From: an uncultured Candidatus Bathyarchaeia archaeon | GTDB lineage: Archaea; Thermoproteota; CALKCG01; B24 | Length of the DNA: 64,000 bases | Assembly: GCA_964568845.1 (NCBI GenBank) | Contig: CAZMSC010000003.1 | Location: forward strand, 1,608 to 65,607 | Direction of reading: 5' to 3' | Shown here: one piece after another, positions 39,280-49,856 of the stretch | Position numbering within the stretch: the stretch's first letter is position 1 | How the letters are laid out: every line of letters begins with the position of its first letter | Made by a program: the position numbers and the translations under genes | The notes under the pieces: generated by a model | The model's database searches: none | What the model saw: only the letters and a program-made list of their open reading frames with translations | Told to the model about the DNA's origin: nothing

Positions 39280-39436
39280 GAGGAACCCCTAGCCTTTACC
39301 CTGTAAACTTCAAACTTATTGTGGAGAGAAAACTTCGCAGGGTGAGGTACTCTAACTTCTCCCCCACAATAGGGACATGCATCTTGCCTAAGGGTGTAAG
39401 CTGAACACTTTACACACTTCCTTAAAAGCCAAACCA
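39276..39436 (-). CDS. nop10: H/ACA ribonucleoprotein subunit Nop10
   Basis: Not in ORF track (53 aa). [53 protein letters not shown] stop. CxxC...CxxC plus PHPAKFS signature. Confidence 0.7.
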
Positions 39437-40222
39437 TTAATGCCCCTCCTTAAATGAAACAGTTCCACCTCTACTCTTCAAAGTCTTCTCAACCGCTTCA
39501 AAGGCCTCTCTAAGAGTGCTTGAAGCCTTCTTATAGTTTTCAGCTGAGACTTCTATCACGTATCTGGGAGCACCTATGGAATATGCTTCAACTGAAACTT
39601 CTTCATCACTCAGCCTTTCAGCTTTCATTAAAGCCTCCTTAATATCTTCAATCCCATCTGGCCTATTAGTGGTAATTTCAACTACTCCACGGACTTTAAC
39701 CGGTTTCTGCTTGATTTTCTCAGAAGCAACCTCATAGAAGGCTTTCGCCAAATCCTCCGGAATCCCAATAGCTGTTAGAAGTTTAGGCCCTCTAGCAGAA
39801 AGCCTACGGAAGACTTCATATAGGTCTCCGAAATGCACTTCAAGCCTCCTACCGTAGTCGGCGTAGAGCTCCTCGTACGGCTTACCGATTCTATCTGCTA
39901 CAAGCTTCAGCATACTTCTCCCTTTAACCCTCCTCTTCCAGTAGTATAGCTCATCCTCCTTCTCCCTCTCCGAAACCCTTCTAAGAGACAGGTCTACCTG
40001 GTTTTTAGATGGGTTTACTCTGAGAACCCTCAAGACAAGCTTCATATCTTCTTTTATATGTTCTCTTATGTTTCTAACCCAGCTCGAAGATATTTCAGAC
40101 ACGTGTACGAAGCCTCTTTTACCATCATACTCATCCAGTCTAATGTAAGCCCCATACTCCATTATTGTTTCAACCGTGCCTATTACGAGCTCACCCACCT
40201 CAGGCCACTCCTCCCCACTCAA
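39437..40222 (-). CDS. eif2a: translation initiation factor 2 alpha subunit (aIF2-alpha)
   Basis: N-terminal S1 domain (GELVIGTV...YGAYI.L.EY....GFVHVSE). 261 aa. Confidence 0.85.
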   Translation of the reverse strand: MSGEEWPEVGELVIGTVETIMEYGAYIRLDEYDGKRGFVHVSEISSSWVRNIREHIKEDMKLVLRVLRVNPSKNQVDLSLRRVSEREKEDELYYWKRRVKGRSMLKLVADRIGKPYEELYADYGRRLEVHFGDLYEVFRRLSARGPKLLTAIGIPEDLAKAFYEVASEKIKQKPVKVRGVVEITTNRPDGIEDIKEALMKAERLSDEEVSVEAYSIGAPRYVIEVSAENYKKASSTLREAFEAVEKTLKSRGGTVSFKEGH

Positions 40223-40416
40223 CCTAAAACCTCCAGAACCTCACAGTTAAACTTGCCTTTACCACCAGTAGGTTCAACTAAAACTTCACCACATATGTGG
40301 CATTTTACCAGCATTGCCGGATGGCTGAAGACAACCTGCTCGTCGCCACATGATGGACATTTAACTCTAATGAAGGCGCTTCTAGGCTGTGGAATAAGCT
40401 CATTCTTCCTACTCAA
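40219..40416 (-). CDS. rps27e: 30S ribosomal protein S27e
   Basis: [30 protein letters not shown]4 zinc finger. Confidence 0.8.
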   Translation of the reverse strand: MSRKNELIPQPRSAFIRVKCPSCGDEQVVFSHPAMLVKCHICGEVLVEPTGGKGKFNCEVLEVLG

Positions 40417-40455
40417 GGAATCTTCCCCTCTACGTAGAGGAGTATTCTACTGCTT

Positions 40456-41262
40456 TTAACTTTTCGGTTTAAACTCTAAGAGGTTAACTATTTCAGACGC
40501 TAGTTCCGCTGTAGATGCCGCTATCAGAGATATCCTCGTATCAACTGCCAGTTTGAAGTTTAATTCAGCTCCAAACCCGTCGATTACAACCCCTCCGGCT
40601 TCTTTAACAATCAGAATTCCAGCCGAAGCATCTATCGCCCTCAAGACGCTTCTCAAGTCTATGAATGCGTCGAAAACTCCGGAGGCAACCATACATAGGT
40701 GTATAGCATTGGAGCCTAAAGACCTTACACTATAAGCCTTCTCTACAATCGGCGATAATAAGGACAGGTATTTGAAGGCTTTACCTTTAGCGCTCACGTC
40801 TAACGTTATAACGCTCTCACTTAGGACTTTGATCTTTGAAACAGTTATTCGCCTACCGTTTAGGAAGGCGCCGACACCTCTAGCGGCATAGTAAACGTCT
40901 CCTTTAGGGAAATCTATGACACCTCCGGCTACTACGTCGCTCAAGCTATAACCTTCAGCCAATGCTAGCGACGTCGAGTATATGGGGAAACCCCTTGAAG
41001 CGTTTGTAGAGCCATCTATAGGGTCTAATACAGCCACTAGGTTTCCCCCTCCGTTGACTTTAACCATCCCGGCTTCTTCAGATATTAGCGTGAATCCTCC
41101 GATTCTCTCAGAGAGCGAGTCTACAACCACCTTCTCGGCAAGTTTGTCGACGAGTAGGGGTTTCCCATAGACCGGTTTGAAGACCGCCGGGTTTTTAAGA
41201 GATTCGACTATTTTAGACTTCGACTCCTCTAAAACCTCGAGTAGCACTTTAAGGTAATCCAT
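40456..41262 (-). CDS. inositol monophosphatase/fructose-1,6-bisphosphatase family (SuhB-like)
   Basis: LDPIDGSTNA and downstream WDxAAG-like (ASAGILIVKEAGG) motifs. Confidence 0.8.
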   Translation of the reverse strand: MDYLKVLLEVLEESKSKIVESLKNPAVFKPVYGKPLLVDKLAEKVVVDSLSERIGGFTLISEEAGMVKVNGGGNLVAVLDPIDGSTNASRGFPIYSTSLALAEGYSLSDVVAGGVIDFPKGDVYYAARGVGAFLNGRRITVSKIKVLSESVITLDVSAKGKAFKYLSLLSPIVEKAYSVRSLGSNAIHLCMVASGVFDAFIDLRSVLRAIDASAGILIVKEAGGVVIDGFGAELNFKLAVDTRISLIAASTAELASEIVNLLEFKPKS

Positions 41263-41270
41263 TAGACCGG

Positions 41271-41600
41271 TCAGCCTCTACGGCTTCTAAGAAGTATGAG
41301 TGCGCTTGCAAGGTTTCCGCCAGATTCCTCCAAAGCCTTCCTAGCCTCTTCAACAGATACCCCTGTTTGAGAAGCTAGAAGCATCGCATCTTCCTCGGAT
41401 ATCTCAGGCTTCTCCAAGATTTCCTCGGCCTTCTCAACAGTTCTCTCGGAAACCTTGCCAGTTATTTGAAAGACTTTCTGACCGCCAACCTCCATAACCA
41501 TCACATTAGGTTCTTCTATGAGAAGCTCCTTCCCAACCATATATATGACGACCTTATCAACGCCGTCGAGAGCCTCCATTTTAACACCCATACGGTTCAT
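41271..41600 (-). CDS. nac: nascent polypeptide-associated complex protein (aNAC) with C-terminal UBA domain
   Basis: NAC domain (MEALDGVDKVVIYMVGKELLIEEPNVMVMEVGGQKVFQITG) plus C-terminal UBA-like domain. ORF opens at 41687; internal Met at 41600 is the more likely start. Confidence 0.7.
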   Translation of the reverse strand: MNRMGVKMEALDGVDKVVIYMVGKELLIEEPNVMVMEVGGQKVFQITGKVSERTVEKAEEILEKPEISEEDAMLLASQTGVSVEEARKALEESGGNLASALILLRSRRG

Positions 41601-41759
41601 AAGCCTCCTAGCTTCCCTAGGACTTATCTTCCTCAAACAGACCTCCAAATAACTTTCACAGCATAAATCCTTAAAACCATTTCTCAAAATCTACTGTAGA
41701 GATTTGGGAGAAGATTTAGATTTTTAACCACGACGAACGTTGATTCACTGTAGAAAACC

Positions 41760-42932
41760 CTAGTAGGATAAAGCCTTCTTTATATAATCTGCATATTCTA
41801 GAAAATTCTCATAGGAGAATTCAACGTGAACCAAGTGGTCGCATCCCGGAATATACCCCCCAATCTCCTTCAATATTAGTACCTTTGAATCGACCTCTCT
41901 CCTCATCCTTTCACCGCCTAGGGAAAGCTCTCTCTTGTCTAAGTTACCTATTAAAAAGAACCTGTCACCATACTTCTTTTTCACATTTATCGCATTCATC
42001 CCGGCGTTTACTTCGAGAGGCCATAAGCCTGTTATCCCCGCTTCAACGATAAGGTCTAAAATAGGGTTGAGGTTTCCATCACTGTCAATTAAGATCCGGC
42101 GAATCCCGTTCTTGTTTAAGAACCCTGCAACGTTCTTGTAATGTGGAAGCAGGAATTCCCTATACAGTTTCGGAGAGATGCATGGGCCATTCTTTTCAGC
42201 CAAATCTTCCCACCAGAAGACTAGGTCAATCCTATCCTTCAACGTTTCAACAGAATTTCTAATAGCCTCGATGGTAAAGTACTCCCAATGATCCAACATA
42301 TCTTCTACAAGCTCCGGATTCCTGTAAAAGATTTTTAAAAAATTTGGAATACCCATCAGCTCCGCCCCAAAACCGTAAAAGCCGTTCAAGCATAGCGCCG
42401 TAGGTCCATCCTGATGTTCTTCAAACAACCCAATGTAGGATTCCTTATCTCAATCTTTAGGCTGTCTACAAGGGTCGTGAGGGTTTAAACGCTTTTTATA
42501 ATCTTCCCAGCTTTCTCTATCTTTAACTGGGAACTCTAAAAACATAGGCATGCTGTACCACAGGTACTCCGCGGCTCTGAACCTCCTTACAACAGCACCA
42601 GTCTGTGTTAAAACGTCAACATACCTTTCATCTTCCCTTAAAATTCTCTGTCTATATCTTGGAATTGGGCCGAGGTCTAATGGAACAGTTAAGCTCAGAA
42701 AGTTGTAGCATCCAAAATAGGAGTAGGGGTTGAAGCCTTTAACAATAGGCCAGTTCAGTAGTGAAACCCCGCCGACCCTAACCTCCCAGTCTATAACTAG
42801 AACCTTGTCTGCAGGGAGCCCTTCATTAAGCCACTTAACTAAAGTCTCATCGTAGAACCTCTCACACCAAGGTAGTACATCCGGCTTTCTAAAGTCCATT
42901 ACAGCCGTAACCCTTTCTCTCCGCGTCATCAT
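41760..42932 (-). pseudogene. UroD/MtaA-family (uroporphyrinogen decarboxylase-like methyltransferase) gene interrupted by one in-frame TGA
   Basis: ORFs 42450..42932 and 41760..42428 are in the same frame (end coordinates congruent mod 3). They are separated only by TGA at 42450-42452 plus 7 sense codons (DKESYIG). Together ~380 aa with UroD-like N-terminus (MTRRERVTAVMDFRKPDVLP) and C-terminus. Confidence 0.45.
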
Positions 42933-43223
42933 ATTGAAACCGTACGATATGTCGTAGAAATCAACTTAAATATTTATAACTGGCTGAATAATTCAGCCTA
43001 CCGTAATACCATCGGCAGTAGTATAGCATGCCTCTAATCCCCAGAAGAAGAGTAGAGATGGCAGATTTAAACCACGTAACCTTCTCCTCAACAATCTCCT
43101 TTGAGATTCCCCTACCAAAAGAAAATTTCGCAAAAATATATGTGTTTTTATTCCGCCTCCCTTCACGTACTTATACGTTCAGGTTTTCGTAGGCTAAAAT
43201 CGCTTTTTATCTGGGTTTAGGCT

Positions 43224-44714
43224 TTACCTGTAGTAGCTTTTCAAAGCGTCTAAGGCTTTAACGTACTGCTCGTACAGGTTTATGTAGGCTTCCCTGTTTT
43301 GGCTTGGCGTGTACGTTTCGCTTACGCGTACTGTCGATAAGGCCTCCTCGAAACTACTGTAGACGCCTATTCCTTTGAAGGCGGTTAAAGCTGCTCCGAA
43401 TACTGTAGCCTCTCTTATAGTGTTTACGGATATAGGCATCCCCGTTACGTCTGCCCTCAGCTGATTCCAAAGCCTGTTCTTAGAACCCCCACCTACGACT
43501 CTAATGGCATCTATCTGGAAGGCTGTAGATTTTATTAGAGCATTTACAGCGAGCTTAAGCTGGCAACTCAGCCCTTCTAATGCAGCACGGTACACTTGAG
43601 CTCTGGAAGTCCCGAGCGTTAAACCGAGCAGTGTACCCTCGGTTTTGAACCTTCTAGTCGGTCCAGAGTCTTTAACGAAGCTCGGTATGAAGAGTAGTCC
43701 ACCTGAACCCGGCTGTACATTAGAGGCGTCTCTAACCAGTGGGTCGTAATCGCCTTCTGAAAGCTCAGGGTAAAGCCTTTCCCTCACCCACTCTAAGACA
43801 GCTGAGGCTATCATCAAAAGCTGAGGGTTCCATAGACCTGGTTCAACATCAGCCTCTGTGATAACGCCCCATTCAAACCCCTCCCTAGATGGGTTGAAAA
43901 CGCTACTTCTAACGGCTAGAATTTCCCAAGTTCCACTCGACAATACGGCTTCACCATACTTAACACCGGCGCCCAGTATTGCGAATTGAGTGTCATGGCC
44001 ACCTACTACAACCGGAGTACCTTCAGCCAAGCCTGTTTCCTCCGAGGCTTCAGCTGTAACATATCCTACTACGTCGCCCGGTTCAAACCACTCTGGGAAG
44101 AAGCCTACATCTAAACCGGCCAGCTTAAGCATTTCAGGAGACCAGTCTCTCTTGGCTAGGTTCATAGCCATCATGGTTGAAGCGTCCGTAGGCTCTATGT
44201 GGAATACGCCTGTAAGCCTATGCGTTATCAAACCGGGCATCATAAGCCAAGTATAGGCTTCATCCAAGGCCCTAGGCTCATTCTCCCTAAGCCAGATAAG
44301 CTTCAAAAGTGTATTGAAGGATATTATCTGGTAGCCTGTTATTCTGTATATCTCCCAGGGATCCATAATCGACGGCAATCGCTCAGCGATCGAAACAGTC
44401 CTAGGGCACTGCCAGCATATAGGTGGGTAGGTCAATTCACCATTCCTCTTAACTGGAGCACCATCAGCCCCCCAAGTGGTAACGATCACGGCATCAACCC
44501 TACCGACTTTAGAAAGTACACTTCTAAGAACCGTACGAACTCTATCCCATAATTCACTCATATCCCATATGAGCCATCCAGCTCCATCCGGTTGAGGCGA
44601 AGGCCTATTCGACAGTGAAGACTGAGCTGTAAAAACACCGCTTGAATCTACAACGACGGCTCTAATGTTTGTAGAGCCGCAGTCTACAACCGCTACAAGC
44701 CTATCAGCCCTCAT
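43224..44714 (-). CDS. FGGY-family carbohydrate kinase
   Basis: N-terminus VAVVDCGSTNIRAVVVD and C-terminal VVGGGSKN FGGY motifs. Confidence 0.8.
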   Translation of the reverse strand: MRADRLVAVVDCGSTNIRAVVVDSSGVFTAQSSLSNRPSPQPDGAGWLIWDMSELWDRVRTVLRSVLSKVGRVDAVIVTTWGADGAPVKRNGELTYPPICWQCPRTVSIAERLPSIMDPWEIYRITGYQIISFNTLLKLIWLRENEPRALDEAYTWLMMPGLITHRLTGVFHIEPTDASTMMAMNLAKRDWSPEMLKLAGLDVGFFPEWFEPGDVVGYVTAEASEETGLAEGTPVVVGGHDTQFAILGAGVKYGEAVLSSGTWEILAVRSSVFNPSREGFEWGVITEADVEPGLWNPQLLMIASAVLEWVRERLYPELSEGDYDPLVRDASNVQPGSGGLLFIPSFVKDSGPTRRFKTEGTLLGLTLGTSRAQVYRAALEGLSCQLKLAVNALIKSTAFQIDAIRVVGGGSKNRLWNQLRADVTGMPISVNTIREATVFGAALTAFKGIGVYSSFEEALSTVRVSETYTPSQNREAYINLYEQYVKALDALKSYYR

Positions 44715-44783
44715 ACTGACTGAATGAATCTACTATCGCCAGAAACTTAAAGCTTAAGTCTCAACAGCGAGTAGTAAGCTCTG

Positions 44784-45551
44784 GTGGTCATTCTGAAGGT
44801 CGTAGATGCACACGTTCATCCTCCAGCTGACGGAAACCTAAGAGGGTTTGTAGAAGCATGTGAAAAAGCGGGGATTGTAAAAAGCTTCATGTGCGGTCTC
44901 CCGGAAGGCTTTGGAAAAATGAGCAATGACATCGTCGAAAAAGCGTTTATAGAGTACCCGGATCTAATCGAAGGATTTGGATACGTAGACTTGGGGAGAG
45001 AGCCGGTTCAAATAGTAGATAACTTATATAGTAGAGAATTCACAGGCCTCAAGTTTATAGGTCCTCCAAAGCCTTACGACGTAGACGAATACTTCCCATA
45101 CTATGAGCGGGCTGAGCAATACGGCATGATCACACTATTCCACACTGGTATAGTGGCTAGAAGTGAAAGCGACAAGATCAGAAGGGTTTCATCTAGAAAC
45201 ATGCGCCCAGTCTACTTAGAGACCATAGCTAGAAGCTTTCCAAAGCTTAAAATTATCGGAGCACACCTCGGCCATCCATGGTGTGAGGAGGCCACGGTAG
45301 TATCATTCCACAACCCAAACGTGTACTTCGACATCTCCGGGGGGCATACATTCTACATTGCTCTAACCCTTAGAAGCCGTCTATTCTTCGACATTAAAAC
45401 ATCTAAACTCCTCTTCGGCTCAGATTCACAACCGGGTGAATTTCAAAAATACGTACACTTCTGGCTGACGGCGCTCCCACAATTGGGCGTTTCCGGGGAG
45501 CAGATGGAGGAGATATTCTACAGAAACGCTGAATCCCTCCTTAAGAGATGA
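44784..45551 (+). CDS. amidohydrolase-2 family metal-dependent TIM-barrel hydrolase
   Basis: DAHVHPP N-terminal motif. HTG and FGSD downstream motifs. Confidence 0.55.
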   Translation: MVILKVVDAHVHPPADGNLRGFVEACEKAGIVKSFMCGLPEGFGKMSNDIVEKAFIEYPDLIEGFGYVDLGREPVQIVDNLYSREFTGLKFIGPPKPYDVDEYFPYYERAEQYGMITLFHTGIVARSESDKIRRVSSRNMRPVYLETIARSFPKLKIIGAHLGHPWCEEATVVSFHNPNVYFDISGGHTFYIALTLRSRLFFDIKTSKLLFGSDSQPGEFQKYVHFWLTALPQLGVSGEQMEEIFYRNAESLLKR

Positions 45552-46861
45552 CTTTTATGTTAGACTTCAAAGTCGAAATGCCGATGCTGAAAACTCCCAT
45601 AGCACTTATAATAGACGACCCAGCACCTTACGTAAACCACCTATACTATCTTAGAAAATTTCTAAACCCAAACTACCCAGAGTACTATGAAGAGTTTAAA
45701 ACAATACCGAATGAATTCCTGGAAGACTTCATAAAGCTCATAGAGGAGCAGACCGTCAAGGGTAAGTTCAGCGTGGTTCCAAACCCGGCAGGCCAGGGAT
45801 ACATAGACAGCGGGATTGAGGGGTATCCTAAAGAGGGTGTAAATTGGTGGATTGAAAAGGTTAGGGAAAAAGTAGCACCCATATTCGACGTAACACCTGA
45901 AATGCTAACACATACAAACGCCTTAGACCTTAAGACAGGCAAACTCCTACCGATGCATGAGCAAACCTGGGCCAGCAGTCAGACCGTTGAAACCCTGACA
46001 GAATACATAGCTAAAGCCCTTGAAACTCTTAAAAACGTAGGTTTTGAAACGAACGGTGTAACCTCCCCAGGAGCCTTCGGAATAGAAGTAGAATCCAAAT
46101 ACGCGAAAGCCGTTTTAAACGCCGTTAAGAGGGTCTACGGGTTTAAACTTGCATGGTATTTTCTCAAAGTCGATCAAAATTCGCAAGTGGTATATCCGAG
46201 GCTTGCATATCTTGATAAGTATGAGGGGGAGGCTGTGGTAAGCATCGTAAGCGGCAACGACGACGTGATATGGGAAACCATGACGCCTGAAAATAGGAGG
46301 ACGTGGTGTAGAAGTAAACTGTCAAATTATGCAGACTACTATATAACTGAAGACGGGAGAAGGGGAAGGCTTGTAGAATTGGCCAGCTCCGGAAGCTACG
46401 TAGTTTTCCATACACATTGGAACAGTTTATGGTCTAATGGAGCTGAGCACGGTTTAGATGTTATAAGGGTGGTCTTAAAAAGGTTGAACAGTCTACTCGG
46501 CGGCAAGATTATGTGGATGAAACTTGGTGAAATAGCTTTATACTATGCTGCTTCGAAGACGCTGGACATACATGTAGATAGGAAGAGTGGGCTTTTAAGA
46601 ATACTCATAGAGAACATGTTTCCATGTAGAAACTTAACGGTAAGTTTTAAACGTCCCTTTAAAGTTGGGAAAGTTCAACTGGTTAAAGGCCACTATAGAA
46701 GCGGGTGGGATGAAGCTAAGGTTTCAGAGACTGTTGGAGAACTGGATAAGTGCAGGGAAGATTTAAAGTCTAACGGTTGGATTCAAAAGCAGGGCAGAGT
46801 ATATGTATGCTTCGACAACACTATCGGGAACCTGCTTGAACTAACAGAAGCATCTACTTAA
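45548..46861 (+). CDS. hypothetical protein (4-nt overlap with the amidohydrolase, likely co-transcribed)
   Basis: 437-aa ORF. No family recognised. Confidence 0.4.
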   Translation: MTFMLDFKVEMPMLKTPIALIIDDPAPYVNHLYYLRKFLNPNYPEYYEEFKTIPNEFLEDFIKLIEEQTVKGKFSVVPNPAGQGYIDSGIEGYPKEGVNWWIEKVREKVAPIFDVTPEMLTHTNALDLKTGKLLPMHEQTWASSQTVETLTEYIAKALETLKNVGFETNGVTSPGAFGIEVESKYAKAVLNAVKRVYGFKLAWYFLKVDQNSQVVYPRLAYLDKYEGEAVVSIVSGNDDVIWETMTPENRRTWCRSKLSNYADYYITEDGRRGRLVELASSGSYVVFHTHWNSLWSNGAEHGLDVIRVVLKRLNSLLGGKIMWMKLGEIALYYAASKTLDIHVDRKSGLLRILIENMFPCRNLTVSFKRPFKVGKVQLVKGHYRSGWDEAKVSETVGELDKCREDLKSNGWIQKQGRVYVCFDNTIGNLLELTEAST

Positions 46862-47195
46862 AACTTATTGAAACATCCCCACGTCTTATTACAACCGTAA
46901 CCTCATCACCTATATCAGGCTTAAACTCAAGTGAATCCCACTCAGCCTTAGTCAACCAAAGCGTAAACCTAGGCGTTCTAACCATACCCTTCTGAGCAAA
47001 AGGCATACTTTGAATCACTTGCTGAATTATCGGAGCAACCTCTCTAACAATACCAGCCTCATCGGTTGAAGTTATTATAGGAGGAGGAATAGGCTTATAC
47101 TCTGAGAAATCCAATTTGACACATTCACCTTCAACTGGATCCTGCGTGAGGACTTTACTCGTGAGAACGGCTTTAAAAACTATATCCGCTTTCAT
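46854..47195 (-). CDS. hypothetical protein
   Basis: 113-aa ORF. No motif recognised. Confidence 0.3.
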   Translation of the reverse strand: MKADIVFKAVLTSKVLTQDPVEGECVKLDFSEYKPIPPPIITSTDEAGIVREVAPIIQQVIQSMPFAQKGMVRTPRFTLWLTKAEWDSLEFKPDIGDEVTVVIRRGDVSISFK

Positions 47196-47406
47196 CTAAG
47201 GGTCGATTAAATCTAAATGTATACTCCATTATTAAAGTCTTCCCCTTATCGGTAAATTCACATATTTTACGGGATTATACGTCTACTCAGAACCGTATAC
47301 TACGGGGTTATTTTGACCACCTTTTGATTCGTTTCCCCGCTCTGAACAACTTAGTAATTCGATGCCCACCTTAACGGTATACGCAACGACTAAAGTACCC
47401 CAATAT

Positions 47407-48165
47407 CTAGGGGGATAGTATGTTCTTCTCTTGGAAGACCCACGGCGTACCAGCTACCACTTTCATTAGAGGCGTAGCTATGATCGCAGCGACAATTGCT
47501 TGTAGTAGTCTTATGGCTGGATATATGAAGGGACTGACTATGAATAGGAAGCGGACCGTTTCCACCGGTAGCCCAAAAATTCCATTGTAAACCAGCGGTG
47601 TGGCGAATGCTAACGAGCCCCACATGTTGTCGACCTGATTCCCTACGAATGCCAGTATGAGGTAGAATATGGGTAGAGACTTCGAGTTTGATAGATGTTT
47701 GGCGAATTTTACACATGGCAGTATTAACAGTAACGCTATAACCTTATCCCATAAAACAGCTACACCTACGTAGAAGTTCTTATCAATAGGTTGAACGGGA
47801 GGCGTGAATAGGAACGCTACGATCAAGAGAGCATAGATAGAAAAGCCAACCTTCCACCTCTTATAGAATATCAAACCAGTTACCAGAGCATTTAAAGGTG
47901 GCGACAATAGGAAGGGCATCCCGTAAGGGCTCATACTTCCAGGTGGAAGCGACCAGGAAACTAATGCACCTACAAATGCGGCTAGAGCGCCTAGGTAAGG
48001 GCCTAAGATAAGTCCATACACAGATGCTATGAGAGCCTCTAGACTTATCTTTATCTCCGGAATGGCAACAGCTGGGATGAAGGGGCTGATGAGTGAAAGC
48101 ACATAGTATAAAGCTGCAAAAATAGCCGTTAAAGCCACATTTTTCGTTGAAAGCCTCATGTGCAA
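47407..48165 (-). CDS. polytopic membrane protein, possibly an ECF-transporter S-component-like substrate-binding protein
   Basis: Six or more hydrophobic segments. ~250 aa. Assignment by size and topology only. Confidence 0.35.
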   Translation of the reverse strand: MHMRLSTKNVALTAIFAALYYVLSLISPFIPAVAIPEIKISLEALIASVYGLILGPYLGALAAFVGALVSWSLPPGSMSPYGMPFLLSPPLNALVTGLIFYKRWKVGFSIYALLIVAFLFTPPVQPIDKNFYVGVAVLWDKVIALLLILPCVKFAKHLSNSKSLPIFYLILAFVGNQVDNMWGSLAFATPLVYNGIFGLPVETVRFLFIVSPFIYPAIRLLQAIVAAIIATPLMKVVAGTPWVFQEKNILSP

Positions 48166-48335
48166 CCACCACTATGCAATATTTTTCAATGATTTGTAGA
48201 TTTCTACATAAGATTCTAATAAGGTTTTTGATTATACAAACTCAAATGGTGGCGCGTTTAAACACTATGGCAGAACTCTATGAGGATTTACATAGAAAGC
48301 CGGGAAGAAGTACATTGTACTGGTATGTTTTAATC

Positions 48336-49037
48336 TTAGACCAAGTATACTTCTACTGATTTGTCTAAGCCGCGTTTCTCACAAACGTTGAGGAAGCTTT
48401 TAACATCGCTGTAGGATTTCTCATATATGTGAGCTGAATTTGAAAAGTCAACGTAGGGTCCGGGTTCAACACCTACGGCTAATGCTACAGTTTTCATAAG
48501 CTCTGTCAAAGCTAGCATATTCATGTGAGCTGCTCTAAATAAGTCGCGGCTTCTCCATTCACTCTGCATGATGAGCCTACTATCGTATATCTTAAACCAG
48601 AGCCTTTGAAGGCATGGCGGGGAATCTAAATTCACGTCTTTAACTGGCACCCACGTTATGGCTTGAGCCCTACGCGTATAGGGGATTTTTTTAAGCTTCC
48701 TAATAATGTATTCCATCTGGTTGAAGCCTTCAACACCGTATTTGAAAAGCCTCTCATGGTAGGTGTAGGGGAGCTTGCCTTCTTCAACAAGCCTATCCTT
48801 AGAGCCGTTTAAGACCTCTTCCATGTAACTCTTCAACCCAACCACCGCTAAGACGTCTCCCCTATGGACCCTAGGCTCTTTAAACGGGTCTTCAACAACC
48901 ATTAAGAGGGTTGCTTCTCTAGCCTTCTCACCATACTCCGTCGGAACCTCGACACCACGCTTCCAAACCTCTAGAAGAGCGCGTTCCCATACTGAGGCTA
49001 TCGATAAGCCTTTGACAACAACTATAGGCGCTCTCAT
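48336..49037 (-). CDS. thyA: thymidylate synthase (short archaeal ThyA type)
   Basis: AQAITWVP and active-site-like PPCLQRLWF (P-C-x-x-x-QF pattern). ~233 aa. Confidence 0.55.
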   Translation of the reverse strand: MRAPIVVVKGLSIASVWERALLEVWKRGVEVPTEYGEKAREATLLMVVEDPFKEPRVHRGDVLAVVGLKSYMEEVLNGSKDRLVEEGKLPYTYHERLFKYGVEGFNQMEYIIRKLKKIPYTRRAQAITWVPVKDVNLDSPPCLQRLWFKIYDSRLIMQSEWRSRDLFRAAHMNMLALTELMKTVALAVGVEPGPYVDFSNSAHIYEKSYSDVKSFLNVCEKRGLDKSVEVYLV

Positions 49038-49201
49038 CTAGAGGATAGATTATTGAAAACTTCAATAAGTTTTTTTAACAGAGTTTAAACAATCGTCATA
49101 TATATCGAAGATTCCAATACAGATAACGTTAACACTTTCATGTAGAGTAAAACTATGAAAGAGTTAGTTTTATATTGGCTTTACAAACTTAACATTGGCT
49201 A

Positions 49202-49846
49202 GTGGATAAGAGCTGGGGTTTAAACGTTTTAAACGCCCTCCTAGGTTTTTTCGGCCCTGTTGATTTAATCCGGGGAAAGCCCTTTGAAGTCCTTATAGCC
49301 ACCATATTATCCCAACATACTACAGACGTTAAAGCCTACGAAGCCTACAATCGCCTGAACAGAAGATTCAGCATTACACCTGAGGCTTTAGCTTCAGCAC
49401 CACTTGTAGAGGTGGCAGAGGCAATAAAGGTTGCTGGGCTTCAATGGAATAAAGCCAAGGCAATAATTGAATTATCAAGTATTTTAAAGGAAAAGCCGAA
49501 GTTTTTCGAGGAAATCGCGAAACTTAACGTAGATGAGGCTAGAAGGAGGCTTATGGATCTGCCGGGCGTCGGCGAGAAAACCGCAGACATCGTACTGCTA
49601 TTCAGCTACGGTAAACCTACATTTCCAATAGATACGCACATATTTAGGGTTTCAAAGAGGATGGGTCTTAGAAAAGATAGAAATGGATATGAGAAGCTTA
49701 GAAAACGTCTCCTAGAAGTCTTCCCTGAAAACCGCTATTTTGAAGCGCATATACTTCTGATAAAACTCGGTAGAGAATTCTGCAGACCTAAAAGAGCTAA
49801 ATGCAATGCGTGTCCAGTAAACGTTTCATGCCCTAAAATCGTTTAA
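49202..49846 (+). CDS. nth: endonuclease III (HhH-GPD DNA glycosylase with 4Fe-4S cluster)
   Basis: HhH-GPD motif LPGVGEKTADIVL. C-terminal C.....C..C.....C cluster (CRPKRAKCNACPVNVSC). Confidence 0.8.
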   Translation: MDKSWGLNVLNALLGFFGPVDLIRGKPFEVLIATILSQHTTDVKAYEAYNRLNRRFSITPEALASAPLVEVAEAIKVAGLQWNKAKAIIELSSILKEKPKFFEEIAKLNVDEARRRLMDLPGVGEKTADIVLLFSYGKPTFPIDTHIFRVSKRMGLRKDRNGYEKLRKRLLEVFPENRYFEAHILLIKLGREFCRPKRAKCNACPVNVSCPKIV

Positions 49847-49856
49847 AAACCCGGTC

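Noticed and set aside
42429-42452. Selenocysteine or pyrrolysine recoding at the in-frame TGA of the UroD-like gene
   Set aside because: Crenarchaeota are not known to encode Sec machinery and the codon is TGA not TAG. No SECIS-like element was evident. A pseudogene or sequencing error is more parsimonious, though untested.
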